Shown here in pieces: positions 28,665 to 39,728 of a stretch of 64,000 nucleotides of DNA. The notes beneath the pieces were generated by a model. That model did no database searches. It worked only from the letters and a program-made list of their open reading frames with translations, and was not told where the DNA came from. The stretch comes from Candidatus Nitrospinota bacterium M3_3B_026 (GTDB lineage: Bacteria; Nitrospinota_A; UBA7883; JBPRGF01), in NCBI GenBank assembly GCA_051418015.1, contig JBPRGF010000026.1, forward strand, positions 14,430 to 78,429, given 5' to 3'. Every line of letters begins with the position of its first letter. Position 1 is the stretch's first letter. The position numbers were made by a program, and so were the translations under genes.

Positions 28665-31034
28665 TCAGATGACCTGCGTCTTACAGGGCAAAATGATGGT
28701 AAACGTTACCCCAATCCCCAGCTTGTTGTCAATTTCCATCACCCCATGATGCATCCTGACGATTTTCTTGCAAAGTGAAAGCCCGAGGCCCGTCCCGCTG
28801 GGCTTGGTGGTGAAGAACGTGTTGAAGATATTAGGAAGGTCCCTTTCCGCTATCCCTCCCCCCGTGTCGGATATGGAAAGGCGCGCCGACTTCGTGGGCC
28901 CGGGGATGGCTTCCGTTTTCACCGTCATCTCCCGGGGCAGGCCGTGCCTCGGACAGGTCATCGCCTCCAGGGCGTTCAACAGCAGGTTGATGACCACCTG
29001 TTTTATCTGCGCCGCGTCTATATATACCTTCCCTATGTCAGGGGAAAGCGCCATGTTCAGCTTTATCCCCTTCTCGGTCATTCCCCGCCAATAGAAATCG
29101 GCCGCCTCGGCGACCACCTGGTTCAGGTCGACAGCTTTCCTGTTTACCACGCTCTCCTTGGTCACGTCCAGCGTGTTTTTTAGCAGGGTCTCGAGCCTTT
29201 CCACCTCCTTGACGATAATCGAGGCGTACTTGGCCTCCGTTTTGGAGCCGGGGAGCTTTGCCAGCAGGCGGCGGGCGAACCCTCCTATGGTCACAAGCGG
29301 ATTTTTGAGCTCGTGGGCCACCTCCGCCGATATCTCGCCCAGGGCCGACAGCTTCTCCACCCTGGCCATCTGGCTCTCCAGGGCTATAAGCTCCTTGTTC
29401 ACGGCGGTGAGCCTCTCCACGAGCTTTATGTTCTCTATCGACCAGGCCGCGGGGGCGGCGAAGCGGGTGAGAAGCTCCAGCCCCGAGTCGGCGATCGGCT
29501 GGCCGTTGTACCTGTTGTCCACCAGTATGGCCCCCATGACGTCATCGCTGGCTATCAGCGGAACGATGGCGAACCTGTCGCACTGGAGGCCCTCCACCAG
29601 CTCCCTGTCCTCCTCGTCCAGCTGGCCTGGGCCAGTCACGTTCACCGCCCTTTTTTCCCGCACGGCGCGGGCCAGGGCGCCGCCGCCGTCGAGGGGCGTC
29701 CTGATGGAGCGGGCGAAACGGTTGAAGAGGGAGTCCTTTATCTCGTAAGGGTCCTGCTCCACCAGCCAGCGCACCAAGTCGGGAGTCTTCACCGCGTGCT
29801 CCTCGAGATCGCTCCATATCCTTCCCGCCTCTTCCGGCGAGTCCGGGCCCAGCCCCATCATCCCCTGCAACAGGCCCGTGTTCTCGTTCACCATCAAAAG
29901 CATCGCCCTGTTGAAACCGAGCCCTCTCCCCACCGTCACGCAGGAGAGGATGACCCTAAGGGTGTCGTCCAGGCTTATCACCTGCTGCATGGCCGTGGAC
30001 AGGTGGAAAAGCAGGGAAAGCTCTTCGACGTTCCTCCTGTTTTCCTCGAGGGCGTCCTCAAGCCTCCTGGCCGAACGCGCGCGGGCGAGCGCCTGGGCGG
30101 CGGCGCGGGCTATCGACGAAAGCGTGTCCGCCTCCTCGCTGGAAAAGGATGTGTAGCGTCCCTCCATGGCGGTGACTCTGTCGGCGGCGATCATCGCGCC
30201 CATCACTTCGCCGTTCAGCGTCATCGGCTGAATCAGCGCGGCCTTCCGGGCCACGTTCTCCAGTCCGGAGCCGCCGGCTTCCACATGGTCCACCCGGACG
30301 GGCTCTCCCGACGCCGCGGCCTGCGACACGGCGCCGCTGCTGGCGAGGTCCGGTGATATCTCCCCGCCCGCCTCCGGCGGGAAGCTCCACGATAGAACGT
30401 CCCCCCCCGGCTCCTCGATGAAAGCCGCTCCCAGCCGCGCGCCGGTCAGCTCCACGGCTGCCTTGAGCGCGCTGTTGATGATCTCGTCCCGCCCGCTCAT
30501 AAGGGCAAGCTGCCGGTTCAGCTCGTTGAGATCCTCCAGCGCCTGGATTTTGCGCCTGGTCACGTGGACGAACCATGCGGCCTTGACGGCGCCGCTGATC
30601 TCGGCGGCTCCCTTCTCCAGGGCCGACACATCCTCAGGGGTGAAATCTCTCCTCTCCCGGTTCTGGGCGCATATGGCCCCCAGCCGCTCGCCGCCGGGCG
30701 CCAGGGGGGCGCATATCATGCTCGCGTAACCTTCGCTGCCGTGATCGGGCTCAAGGTCGGGCAAGGAGACTGACCGCCCCTCTTCCATGACCTTCCAGAA
30801 AACTCCCTGGTTCTTCAGTATCCTGACGCCGAAATGGTACGGCGCCCTTTCGCCGAAGCTCGACCACACGGTAAGGGTCTGGCCGGCCTCGTCCAGCAGC
30901 AGGATCGCGAGAGCGTCGGCGCGAAGGCGGGTTTTCATATCCTCGGCGAACCCGTTGAGCCTGTTCCGGAGATATCGCTCCGAAGAGGACATCTTCCCAA
31001 GCTCATGGGTGAAGCGTTCCTCGTGTCTCATCAT
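28665..31034 (-). CDS. Multi-GAF sensor histidine kinase
   Basis: Three GAF-like segments, AEVAHELKNPL H-box, NLLLNALEA, DTGGGI, FFTTKPSGTGLGL. Confidence 0.9.
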   Translation of the reverse strand: MMRHEERFTHELGKMSSSERYLRNRLNGFAEDMKTRLRADALAILLLDEAGQTLTVWSSFGERAPYHFGVRILKNQGVFWKVMEEGRSVSLPDLEPDHGSEGYASMICAPLAPGGERLGAICAQNRERRDFTPEDVSALEKGAAEISGAVKAAWFVHVTRRKIQALEDLNELNRQLALMSGRDEIINSALKAAVELTGARLGAAFIEEPGGDVLSWSFPPEAGGEISPDLASSGAVSQAAASGEPVRVDHVEAGGSGLENVARKAALIQPMTLNGEVMGAMIAADRVTAMEGRYTSFSSEEADTLSSIARAAAQALARARSARRLEDALEENRRNVEELSLLFHLSTAMQQVISLDDTLRVILSCVTVGRGLGFNRAMLLMVNENTGLLQGMMGLGPDSPEEAGRIWSDLEEHAVKTPDLVRWLVEQDPYEIKDSLFNRFARSIRTPLDGGGALARAVREKRAVNVTGPGQLDEEDRELVEGLQCDRFAIVPLIASDDVMGAILVDNRYNGQPIADSGLELLTRFAAPAAWSIENIKLVERLTAVNKELIALESQMARVEKLSALGEISAEVAHELKNPLVTIGGFARRLLAKLPGSKTEAKYASIIVKEVERLETLLKNTLDVTKESVVNRKAVDLNQVVAEAADFYWRGMTEKGIKLNMALSPDIGKVYIDAAQIKQVVINLLLNALEAMTCPRHGLPREMTVKTEAIPGPTKSARLSISDTGGGIAERDLPNIFNTFFTTKPSGTGLGLSLCKKIVRMHHGVMEIDNKLGIGVTFTIILPCKTQVI

Positions 31035-32518
31035 TTATCGCCACTGGCCCGCGAGAGCGCGAGGCGATACAGCCTTTCATACTTCCCGGCCGAATGGGAC
31101 CAGGAATGGTCTTCTCTCATCCCTCTTTTTACCATTTTAACCCAGGCGCCGCGGTTTTCGCGAAACAGCCGCAACGCAAAGGCCGTCTTTTCGTAGAGCG
31201 CCCGGGGAGTCCTCTCCGTGAACTTGAAACCGTTGCCTTTGCCGGTCGCCGGATCGTAATCGGTCACGGTGTCGTTCAGCCCCCCGGTGGCCCTGACGAC
31301 CGGGGCCGTCCCGTAGGCCAGGGAGTACATCTGGTTCAGGCCGCACGGCTCGTAATGGGAAGGCATCAGGAAAAGGTCCGCCCCGGCCTCTATCCTGTGG
31401 GCCAGGCCTTCGTCATAGCCTATGCGGACCGCCATGCTCCCCGGCCTGGCCTCGGCCAGCGACCGGAAGAAATCCTCCAGCCCCCGGTCGCCGGAGCCGA
31501 GCAGGACGAACCTGGCGCCCTCGTCGAGCATCCGTTCTATCACCGGCGCCAGAAGATCAAAACCTTTCTGGGAGGCCAGGCGCGAGACGCAGGCCATCAG
31601 CGGCTCATCGCCTGGAGGAAGGCCCATCTCCTCCAGCAGGGCTTTTTTGCAGACCTCCTTGCCGGCGAGATCCGAGGCGGTGTAGTTGGCGGGGATCAAG
31701 GGATCCGTGGCGGGGCTCCACGCCTTCGTGTCTATCCCGTTCAGCACACCGCGCAGGTCTTCCTTCCTTCCCTTCAAAGTCTCCTCGAGGCCCCAGCCAA
31801 GCTCGGGGGTCATAATCTCCTTCGCGTAGGTCTCGGAGACGGTGGTTATGACATCCGAGAAGACGATTCCTCCTTTGAGAAAATTTATCCTGTCGTGAAA
31901 CTCCAGCCCGCCGGGCGAGAAGAGCCGCCAGGGCAGGCCGGTCAAGTGCCAGTCGAGCTTCCAGAAGACACCCTGGTAGCCGAGGTTGTGGATCGTCAGC
32001 AGCGAGGCGGCGCGCCCCACGGCCGGGTCGTCCCTGTAGAGCGTCTTCATGTAGACGGGGATCAGGCTCGTCTGCCAGTCGTTGACGTGGATCACGTCGG
32101 GCCTGATCTTAAGCCGCCTTATCCCCTCCAGGACCGCCCGGCAGAAGAAGACGAACCTCTCCGCGTTGTCCGGGTAGTCCCCCTCCGGGGCGTTGTAAAG
32201 CCCCCGCCTGCCGTAGTAGTTGTCGTTCTCCACGAAACGGACTTTCACCTTCCCGGCGGCGGCCGAGAGGATCCTCCCCCTCACCTCCCTCGATGATATG
32301 GGAACCTTGACGGTTATCCCCCTCTCCGGTATCCCGGCGCTCTTTCGGTTCACGGCGCCGTACAGGGGCGTGAACAGGTGGACGTTGTGGCCCAGCCCGG
32401 CGAGGGCGCGGCTCAACGCCCCGGCCACGTCGGCCAGCCCGCCGGTCTTGGAGTATGGGACGGCCTCGGACGAGGCCATGACTATGGTGAGCGGGCGTTT
32501 TTTTTCAGGGCCCGCCAT
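31031..32518 (-). CDS. glgA: Glycogen synthase
   Basis: KTGGLADV, HVNDWQT, TIHNLGYQG, NGID, SRLASQKG, MPSHYEPCGLNQ. Confidence 0.97.
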   Translation of the reverse strand: MAGPEKKRPLTIVMASSEAVPYSKTGGLADVAGALSRALAGLGHNVHLFTPLYGAVNRKSAGIPERGITVKVPISSREVRGRILSAAAGKVKVRFVENDNYYGRRGLYNAPEGDYPDNAERFVFFCRAVLEGIRRLKIRPDVIHVNDWQTSLIPVYMKTLYRDDPAVGRAASLLTIHNLGYQGVFWKLDWHLTGLPWRLFSPGGLEFHDRINFLKGGIVFSDVITTVSETYAKEIMTPELGWGLEETLKGRKEDLRGVLNGIDTKAWSPATDPLIPANYTASDLAGKEVCKKALLEEMGLPPGDEPLMACVSRLASQKGFDLLAPVIERMLDEGARFVLLGSGDRGLEDFFRSLAEARPGSMAVRIGYDEGLAHRIEAGADLFLMPSHYEPCGLNQMYSLAYGTAPVVRATGGLNDTVTDYDPATGKGNGFKFTERTPRALYEKTAFALRLFRENRGAWVKMVKRGMREDHSWSHSAGKYERLYRLALSRASGDK

Positions 32519-33521
32519 GACCGGAGACCTCCCTCAAAAATCGCGCCGCGTCCTCGGGCGGCGTGGAGTTGATGTGAAACCCGGACCCCCACTCGAACCC
32601 CGCCACACGGGTGAGAACCGGCATAAGCTCCATGTGCCAGTGATAGCTGCCGTATCCGTCCCCGTCCTGGGGGGCGGTGTGCAGCATCATGTTGTACGGA
32701 GGGCGGTCCAGCAGGGCGTTGATCCTTCCCACGACGTCCATGTAGGCCGCGCCGAGGTCCTCGAGGAGCCCGGCGGCGGACTCCTCGAACCGCGGCGCGT
32801 GTTTCTTGGGGATTATCCAGGTCTCGTAGGCGAACCTCGGCGCGAAAGGCGCCACGGCCGCGAAACCGTCGTTTTCCATGACCACCCTCGCGCCATTGTC
32901 CAGCTCCCTGCGGACGATCTCGCAGTAGACGCACCGGCCCAGCTTTTCACGGGCGCGTTCGGCCCCGAAAAGCTCCTCCCGGATATGCTTGGAGACTACC
33001 GGCATGGCGATAAGCTGGGAGTGGGAATGCCCCAGGGAGGCGCCCGCCTCCGGCCCGTGGTTTTTGAAGAACTGGACGCAGCTTATCCTGCCGTCCTCCC
33101 TGTACGCTTCAATCCTCATCCTCACCGCCCGGAAAAGGTCCACCACCATCTCCGGCGGCCCGTCCGCAAGCTGCCTTGCATGGTCCGGTGTCTCTATTAT
33201 CACCTCGTGAGCCCCCACGCCGGAGACACTCCTGTATATCCCGTTCTTTTCCACCAGTGGCCCGCCGTCCATGCCGAGGGCGGGGAACTTGTTGGGTACC
33301 ACCCGCAGCCTCCAGCCCGGCCCGTCGGGCCTTCCGCCGTTTTCCCGGAAGGCCAGGACCTCGGGAGGGGTCAACGTCTCGTTCCCCTCGCAGAAAGGGC
33401 AGAAAGAGTCCTCCTCGGCCTCTTTTTCCCTTTCGGCCCATCTTGTCATGGGCCGGGCCGCCCTCTCCTCGGAGATTATGACCCACCGGTCCACCACCGG
33501 GTCTTTTCTTATTTCCGGCAT
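32505..33521 (-). CDS. galT: GalT-family nucleotidyltransferase (galactose-1-P uridylyltransferase-like; possibly ADP-glucose phosphorylase)
   Basis: CPFCEGNE, RVVPNKFPAL, GAHEVIIE, KNHGPEAGASLGHSHSQ, YHWHMEL, AGFEWGSG. Confidence 0.85.
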   Translation of the reverse strand: MPEIRKDPVVDRWVIISEERAARPMTRWAEREKEAEEDSFCPFCEGNETLTPPEVLAFRENGGRPDGPGWRLRVVPNKFPALGMDGGPLVEKNGIYRSVSGVGAHEVIIETPDHARQLADGPPEMVVDLFRAVRMRIEAYREDGRISCVQFFKNHGPEAGASLGHSHSQLIAMPVVSKHIREELFGAERAREKLGRCVYCEIVRRELDNGARVVMENDGFAAVAPFAPRFAYETWIIPKKHAPRFEESAAGLLEDLGAAYMDVVGRINALLDRPPYNMMLHTAPQDGDGYGSYHWHMELMPVLTRVAGFEWGSGFHINSTPPEDAARFLREVSGHGGP

Positions 33522-33682
33522 TTGCTTAAAACGTTCACATCATCGGCTCGTGGATTATTAATCTCCCATCGCCGGTGAAAAGTCAAACCGGGACGGCCCG
33601 GGCCCCCGCCCCGGTTTTTCTTGCAAAGACCCCCGGTTTCCATTAACATTTCGCTTTTATTTCTCGTTTCCTGGACACGATC

Positions 33683-34063
33683 ATGCTTTATTACCATGTA
33701 ATCCAGACGGCGACGGCCATGGCGCCCCCGCCGGAGGGCGCCCCCGACACGGGGGGGCATACCGCGATAATGCTCCTTTTTTACGGCGGTCTTTTCGCGA
33801 TATTCTATTTTCTCCTCATCCGCCCGCAGACCAAGCGCAACAGGGAGCTGAGGAACATGCAGGACTCCCTGAATAAGGGCGATTCCGTGATCACCTCGGG
33901 GGGGCTTTATGGAGTGGTGCACAAGGTCAAGGACGAGGCCGTCACCGTGGAGATAGCCGAGGGCGTGCGGGTCAAGGTCCAGAAAGGCGCCATCACGGAG
34001 CGAGCGCGGGAGGCCGCGGCGGGCGCGGAGGAGAAGGGGGGTAAGGACAAGCCCGGCAAATGA
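33683..34063 (+). CDS. yajC: Preprotein translocase subunit YajC
   Basis: FYFLLIRPQ, LNKGDSVITSGGLYG; precedes secD. Confidence 0.95.
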   Translation: MLYYHVIQTATAMAPPPEGAPDTGGHTAIMLLFYGGLFAIFYFLLIRPQTKRNRELRNMQDSLNKGDSVITSGGLYGVVHKVKDEAVTVEIAEGVRVKVQKGAITERAREAAAGAEEKGGKDKPGK

Positions 34064-35607
34064 ACAAGAACCTGCTATGGAGGCTGGCCGTCATCGCCGC
34101 GGTGGCCGGTCTTTGCGCATGGTCCGCCACGCCGGTGGACGAGAAGATCAACCTGGGGCTGGACCTGCAGGGGGGGATGCACCTTGTCTACGAAGTGGAC
34201 GTGGACAAGGCGGTGGTCTCCTCCCTGGACGGCGTCGCCGATGACCTCAAAAAGTTTTTGGAGTCGCGGGACGTGAAGGTAGACTCGGCGAGGCGTGAGG
34301 GCGAGACGATATTCCTGGGGTTCCCGGACGCCGGGCAGGGGGAGAAGGCCAGGGACATAATAGACGCCGATTACACAATCATAGAGCCCGCCCCCGGCGG
34401 CGATTCCAGGGCCCTGGCCTATGCGTACACGGCGGACCAGCGGAAGACCGTGAAGGACGGCGCCATCGACCAGGCCCTGGAGACGCTGAGAAACCGCATA
34501 GACCAGTTCGGCGTGGCGGAGCCGGCGATACAGCGCGAGGGGGGGAACCGGATACTGATACAGCTGCCCGGCGTCAAGGACAGGGAGAGGGCCATCGGCA
34601 TCATCGGCAAGACCGCCAGGCTCGAGTTCCGCATGATAGACGAGACCGTCTCGCCGGAGGAGGCGAAGACCGGCGGCCTGCCTCCCGGCTCCGAGGTCCT
34701 CTACGAAAGGGTGGTGGACCCAATCACCGGAGAGGAGACCGACAGGGCGCCCCACGTGGTCAGAAAGAAGGTGGAGTTGACCGGCGACATGCTCTCCAAC
34801 GCCGTGGTGCAGATAGACCAGTACAACAGGCCCTACGTGTCGCTCGACCTGAACAAGGAGGGCGCCGCGGTCTTCGGCAGGATCACCAGCGAGAACGTTG
34901 GCAAGAGGATGGCCATCGTGCTCGACAACCATGTATACTCCGCGCCGGTCATAAGAGAGAAGATAACCGGCGGGTCAGCGATGATAACGGGCTCCTTCAG
35001 TTACGAGGAGGCGCGCGACCTGGCGCTCGTGCTGCGGGCCGGCGCCCTGCCCGCGCCGCTGATCAAGCTGGAGGAGCGCTCCGTGGGCCCATCGCTCGGG
35101 CGCGACTCGGTCGAACGGGGAGTGAAATCGATCATAACCGGCGGCGTCCTCGTGCTGGTGTTCATGCTTGTCTATTACCGGTTCGGCGGCGTGGTCGCCG
35201 ACACGGCGCTGCTTTTCAACATCGTCATCCTCGCGGGCGCGCTGGCCTATTTCGGCGCGACGCTGACGCTGCCCGGCATCGCCGGGATCATCCTCACCAT
35301 AGGCATGGCCGTCGACGCGAACGTTCTGGTCTTCGAGCGGATAAGGGAGGAGCTGCGGATCGGCAAGACCGTCCGCTCGGCGGTGGAGTCGGGCTTTTCC
35401 AAGGCTTTCCTTACGATCATCGACGCCAACGTCACGACGCTTATCGCGGCGCTGGTGCTGTTCCAGTTCGGCACGGGGCCCGTCAAGGGCTTCGCGGTGA
35501 CCCTCTCTCTCGGGATACTGGCGAGCCTTTTCACGGCGATCTTCGTCTCCCGGACGTTTTTCCTCTGGTACATGGGCTCGCGGCGGCTGACGGAGCTGAA
35601 GATATAA
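34060..35607 (+). CDS. secD: Protein translocase subunit SecD
   Basis: LGLDLQGG, RNRIDQFGVAEP, LRAGALPAP, GMAVDANVLVFERIREE. Confidence 0.98.
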   Translation: MNKNLLWRLAVIAAVAGLCAWSATPVDEKINLGLDLQGGMHLVYEVDVDKAVVSSLDGVADDLKKFLESRDVKVDSARREGETIFLGFPDAGQGEKARDIIDADYTIIEPAPGGDSRALAYAYTADQRKTVKDGAIDQALETLRNRIDQFGVAEPAIQREGGNRILIQLPGVKDRERAIGIIGKTARLEFRMIDETVSPEEAKTGGLPPGSEVLYERVVDPITGEETDRAPHVVRKKVELTGDMLSNAVVQIDQYNRPYVSLDLNKEGAAVFGRITSENVGKRMAIVLDNHVYSAPVIREKITGGSAMITGSFSYEEARDLALVLRAGALPAPLIKLEERSVGPSLGRDSVERGVKSIITGGVLVLVFMLVYYRFGGVVADTALLFNIVILAGALAYFGATLTLPGIAGIILTIGMAVDANVLVFERIREELRIGKTVRSAVESGFSKAFLTIIDANVTTLIAALVLFQFGTGPVKGFAVTLSLGILASLFTAIFVSRTFFLWYMGSRRLTELKI

Positions 35608-35611
35608 CGCC

Positions 35612-36568
35612 ATGCGGATAGTGAGCCCGGACACGAACATAAAATTTCTCGCCGCGCGGAAAATCGCGGCGGCCGTCTCCGCGGCGCTTCTCCTCCTGGC
35701 CATCGGCTCGCTCGTGTACCACGGCGGCCCCAAATACGGGATCGACTTCGAGGGTGGGACGCTGATCCAGCTCAAGTTCGACAAGCAACCGGAGGTTTCA
35801 GAGGTCCGCGGCGCGATCGGGAGCCTCGACCTCGGTGACTTCAGCATCCAGAGGTTCGGACAGCCCGAGGACCTGCTGATCCGCGCCCCCAGGGTGGATG
35901 AGGCTGAGGCGGGCCAAAAGACCCGCGCCCAGCTGATAGAGGACGCGCTGAGGGACAAATACGGCGACGCGTTCACGGTGGAGCGGGTGGAGATGGTGGG
36001 GCCGAAGGTGGGAAGCGACCTGAGGGAAAAAGCCATGCTGGCGCTTTTCTACTCGCTGGCGGGCATTCTCATATACATCACGCTCAGGTTCGAACTCCGG
36101 TTCGGCGTGGCCGCGATCATCGCCCTCGTCCACGACACCCTGATAACCGTCGGGGCCTTCTCGATCATGGACAAGGAGTTCACCCTTACGGTGATAGCGG
36201 CCCTGCTCACCGTCATAGGCTACTCGCTCAACGACACCATAGTCGTTTTCGACAGGATCCGCGAGAATATGCGCCTCAAGCGCGGGCTGCCTTTCGAGGA
36301 GCTTCTGAACGTCTCCATCAACCAGACCCTGAGCCGCACCCTGCTCACATCCGGCACGACGCTGGTCGTGGTGCTGTCCATATTCTTCCTCGGCGGCGAG
36401 GTGATACACGATTTCTCCTTCGCCCTGCTCGTCGGGATAGCGGTGGGCACGTATTCCTCCATATTCGTCGCCAGCCCGGTTCTCATGCTGTGGGCGGGGA
36501 AGGGCGGCAAAAAGCCCGGGGCGGGCGGACGCCGCTCCGGCAAAGGCATGAAAAAAGCCAAGGCCTGA
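35612..36568 (+). CDS. secF: Protein translocase subunit SecF
   Basis: GIDFEGG, VGPKVG, ALVHD, GYSLNDTIVVFDRIREN, GTYSSIFVASP. Confidence 0.98.
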   Translation: MRIVSPDTNIKFLAARKIAAAVSAALLLLAIGSLVYHGGPKYGIDFEGGTLIQLKFDKQPEVSEVRGAIGSLDLGDFSIQRFGQPEDLLIRAPRVDEAEAGQKTRAQLIEDALRDKYGDAFTVERVEMVGPKVGSDLREKAMLALFYSLAGILIYITLRFELRFGVAAIIALVHDTLITVGAFSIMDKEFTLTVIAALLTVIGYSLNDTIVVFDRIRENMRLKRGLPFEELLNVSINQTLSRTLLTSGTTLVVVLSIFFLGGEVIHDFSFALLVGIAVGTYSSIFVASPVLMLWAGKGGKKPGAGGRRSGKGMKKAKA

Positions 36569-36569
36569 C

Positions 36570-36663
36570 AGCTTGTTGAAAGACTGCTCTCTATTGCCGC
36601 TCTGAGCGGTCAGGCGAAGAATCTCGACCCTATATTCAATTTGGAGCCTTTTTCAACGACCCG
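36570..36663. repeat. Degenerate MITE/REP-like intergenic element
   Basis: Inverted ends GTTGAAA (36575-81) / TTTCAAC (36651-57) enclose CTGAGCGGTCAGGCGAAGAATCTC, similar to the element at 46680-46865; lies between convergent secF and lon. Confidence 0.35.
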
Positions 36664-39159
36664 CTAGGCGGCCGCGGCTCTTTTCTTCCGGGAGGTCTTT
36701 TTCGCGGGCTGTTTTCTTTTTGCGGCGCTCTTTTTCTTCGCGGTTTTTTTAGCGGGAGCCTTGCTTTTCCCGGCGCGTTTGGCCAGCGCCCACTTCAGCA
36801 CCTGCCCGGCGTCCCTGGCCAGGTGGAACTTCATGGACTTGCGGATATTCTCCGGCACTTCCTGCAGGTCCTTTTCGTTGTCCACGGGGAGTATGATCTC
36901 GTCGATCCCCGCCCGCTTGGCCGCCAGGACCTTTTCCTTCACCCCCCCTATGGGCAGCACCCTGCCCCGGAGCGTTATCTCGCCGGTCATCGTGATATCC
37001 TTTCTCACGGGAGTCTCCGTCAGCGCCGAGGCTATGGCCGTGGCGATGGTGATGCCCGCCGAAGGGCCGTCCTTGGGGATGGCCCCGGCCGGCACGTGGA
37101 CGTGAATGTCGGTCTTCTCGTGGAACTCCTCCGGGACACCCAGCTCCTTCGCGCGGGAGCGGATGTAGGTCAGCGCCGCCTGGGCGGACTCTTTCATCAC
37201 GTCCCCCAGCTTGCCCGTTAGGGTGAGCCTTCCGGAGCCGCGCATGGGGGTGGCCTCCACGCTCATGATTTCCCCTCCAGCCTGCGTCCAGGCCACGCCG
37301 GTGGCCACGCCCACCATGTCCTTCTCCTGCTCGACCTCGGGGGTGTATACCCTGACGCCGAGGTAATCAGAGAGGTTCCCGGGGAGTATCTTGTGCTGTT
37401 TTTTCCCGCCGCTGGCGACGTCTTTGGCAGTCTTGCGGCATATCGTGGCGATGTTGCGCTCCAGGTTTCTCAGCCCCGCTTCCCGGGTGTATTGCTGGAT
37501 TATCCCCCTGAGCGCCTTGTCGGTGAACTTCAGGTGTTTCAACCTCAGCCCGTGCTCGGCCAGCTGGCGGGGAATCAGGAACTTCCTGGCGATCATAACC
37601 TTCTCGTCCTCGGTGTAGCCGGAAAGCCTTATCACCTCCATCCTGTCGCGCAGAGCCGGGGGGATGGTGTCCACCACGTTCGCGGTGGTGATGAACATCA
37701 CGTTGGAAAGGTCGAACGGCACGCCGAGGTAGTGGTCAACGAAGGCGTTGTTCTGGGCCGGGTCGAGCACCTCCAGGAGGGCCGACGACGGGTCGCCCCG
37801 GAAATCCGCCCCGAGCTTGTCTATCTCGTCCATCATGAAGACCGGGTTGGCCGAGCCGGCCTGTTTGAGCCCCTGGATGATCCGCCCCGGCAGGGCGCCT
37901 ATGTAGGTGCGCCGGTGGCCGCGGATCTCCGCCTCGTCGCGGACGCCGCCAAGGCTTATCCGGGTGAACTTGCGCTCCAGGGCCCGCGCCACGGACTGGC
38001 CGAGGGAGGTTTTGCCCACCCCGGGGGGGCCGACGAAACAGAGGATGGGGCCTTTCATCTGGTCCTTGAGCTTGCGCACGGCCAGGTACTCCACCATCCG
38101 CTCCTTGACCTTCTCCAAGTCGTAGTGGTCCTCGTCCAGGACTTTCTGGGCAAGCTTCAAGTCCAGGTTGTCCTTCGTGGTTTTCGACCACGGTATCTCC
38201 ACCATCCACTCAAGGTAGGTTCGCACGGTGGTGGCCTCGGCGGATTCGGCGTGCATCTTCGACAGCCGGTTCAACTGCTTGACCGCCTCCGCCTTCACCT
38301 CCTCCGGCATCCCGGCCTTCTCCATCTTTTTCCTGAACTCGTTTATCTCCTCTGTCTTCTCGTCGATCTCGCCCAGCTCGCGCTGTATGGCCTTGAGCTG
38401 CTCCCGCAGGTAGTATTCCCGCTGGATCTTGGACATCTCCTGCTGGGCGGCGCTCTGTATCTTCTGCTGCATCCCCAGAAGGTCGATCTCCCGGTTCAGA
38501 ACCTCCGAAACCTTCTTGATCCTGACCTGGGGGTCGATGGTCTCCAGCACCGCCTGCGCGTCCTCCACCTTCAGCCCGAGGTTCGCCGCCACGAGGTCGG
38601 CCAGTCTCCCGGGGTCGTCCAGGTTCTGCGCCGCCACGAGCAGCTCCGGCGACATCTGCTTGCCCATGTTCGCGGCCTTCTCAAGCTGTTCGCGCAGGTT
38701 GCGCGTCATCGCCTCGCTCTTCAGGTCCTCCTTGCCGCCGGGCTCCCACTCCTGCTCCATTATCCGCTCTATCTTCACCTTGATGTACGGAGTCTTCTGG
38801 AGATAGTCGAGTATTGTGGCCTTGGCCAGGCCCTGGATCAGGATTTTCACGCCCCCCTCGGGCATCTTCAGCATCCTTACCACCATGGCCACGGTACCCA
38901 CTTTGTACAGGTCATCCGCGGAAGGGTCCTCGGTGGAGGGGTCCTTCTGGGCCGAGAGCATCAGGAGCCTGTCGCCGGCCAGCGCCTCGTTGACGGCGTT
39001 TATGGAGCTTTCCCTCCCCACGAAAAGCGGGAGGACCATGTACGGGAAGACCACCATGTCCCGCACCGGCAGCAGGGGCAGCGTGTCCGGTATCTCCAGG
39101 CCGCCCTGATCCTGAGTTACGGCTCCCTTCTCCTCGTCTCCCTGCGTTCCCTTGGCCAT
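36664..39159 (-). CDS. lon: ATP-dependent protease La (Lon)
   Basis: LON N-domain, [32 protein letters not shown] catalytic Ser, GGVKEK. Confidence 0.98.
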   Translation of the reverse strand: MAKGTQGDEEKGAVTQDQGGLEIPDTLPLLPVRDMVVFPYMVLPLFVGRESSINAVNEALAGDRLLMLSAQKDPSTEDPSADDLYKVGTVAMVVRMLKMPEGGVKILIQGLAKATILDYLQKTPYIKVKIERIMEQEWEPGGKEDLKSEAMTRNLREQLEKAANMGKQMSPELLVAAQNLDDPGRLADLVAANLGLKVEDAQAVLETIDPQVRIKKVSEVLNREIDLLGMQQKIQSAAQQEMSKIQREYYLREQLKAIQRELGEIDEKTEEINEFRKKMEKAGMPEEVKAEAVKQLNRLSKMHAESAEATTVRTYLEWMVEIPWSKTTKDNLDLKLAQKVLDEDHYDLEKVKERMVEYLAVRKLKDQMKGPILCFVGPPGVGKTSLGQSVARALERKFTRISLGGVRDEAEIRGHRRTYIGALPGRIIQGLKQAGSANPVFMMDEIDKLGADFRGDPSSALLEVLDPAQNNAFVDHYLGVPFDLSNVMFITTANVVDTIPPALRDRMEVIRLSGYTEDEKVMIARKFLIPRQLAEHGLRLKHLKFTDKALRGIIQQYTREAGLRNLERNIATICRKTAKDVASGGKKQHKILPGNLSDYLGVRVYTPEVEQEKDMVGVATGVAWTQAGGEIMSVEATPMRGSGRLTLTGKLGDVMKESAQAALTYIRSRAKELGVPEEFHEKTDIHVHVPAGAIPKDGPSAGITIATAIASALTETPVRKDITMTGEITLRGRVLPIGGVKEKVLAAKRAGIDEIILPVDNEKDLQEVPENIRKSMKFHLARDAGQVLKWALAKRAGKSKAPAKKTAKKKSAAKRKQPAKKTSRKKRAAAA

Positions 39160-39171
39160 CGCTCTCCAGCT

Positions 39172-39621
39172 CTATGGTTTTTCTATGGATATTTTCCGCG
39201 CCTTGTTCCGGCGCTCCTCGCGCTTGGGCAATCTTATTGCCAAAACACCGTCTTTGTATACCCCCCTGGCGGAGGCCGCGTCAACGGGGGCGGGAAGCTT
39301 GAGAAATCTCCTCACCGGGCCGAAGCTGCGCTCCAGGCAGAGGAAATTGATCCCGTCCTTCTTTTCGGGATCCTCCTTTTTCATCCCCTCCACGATGAGC
39401 CAGCCTCCCTGTATCATGACATCTATGCCGGAGGCGTCCATACCCGGAAGATCGACCTCCACGGTGATCTCGGCCCCGGTCTCGCGGACGTCCATCTGGG
39501 CGAAGCTCGTCTCGCCCAGTATATCCATCTGGGCGAAAACGGACGCCAGGCTGGGGGAACTCTCCTCCATCATGGAGAAGATGGAGTGGAAAACAGGCTT
39601 CCCGGTGAAATCCGATCCCAT
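39172..39621 (-). CDS. Hsp20/alpha-crystallin small heat shock protein
   Basis: DVRET...VDLPGMD, ERSFGPVRRFLKLP, YKDGVLAIRLPK; upstream of lon; start uncertain. Confidence 0.88.
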   Translation of the reverse strand: MGSDFTGKPVFHSIFSMMEESSPSLASVFAQMDILGETSFAQMDVRETGAEITVEVDLPGMDASGIDVMIQGGWLIVEGMKKEDPEKKDGINFLCLERSFGPVRRFLKLPAPVDAASARGVYKDGVLAIRLPKREERRNKARKISIEKP

Positions 39622-39728
39622 GCGGTCCCGTCCGAATGGCGTTCTCAAAGCCAGTATATTAACATACAGGCGCCGGGGGGAAGGAAGGGCGTGAAAAAAC
39701 GCGCCCCGAAGAACCGGAGGAGAAAAGC

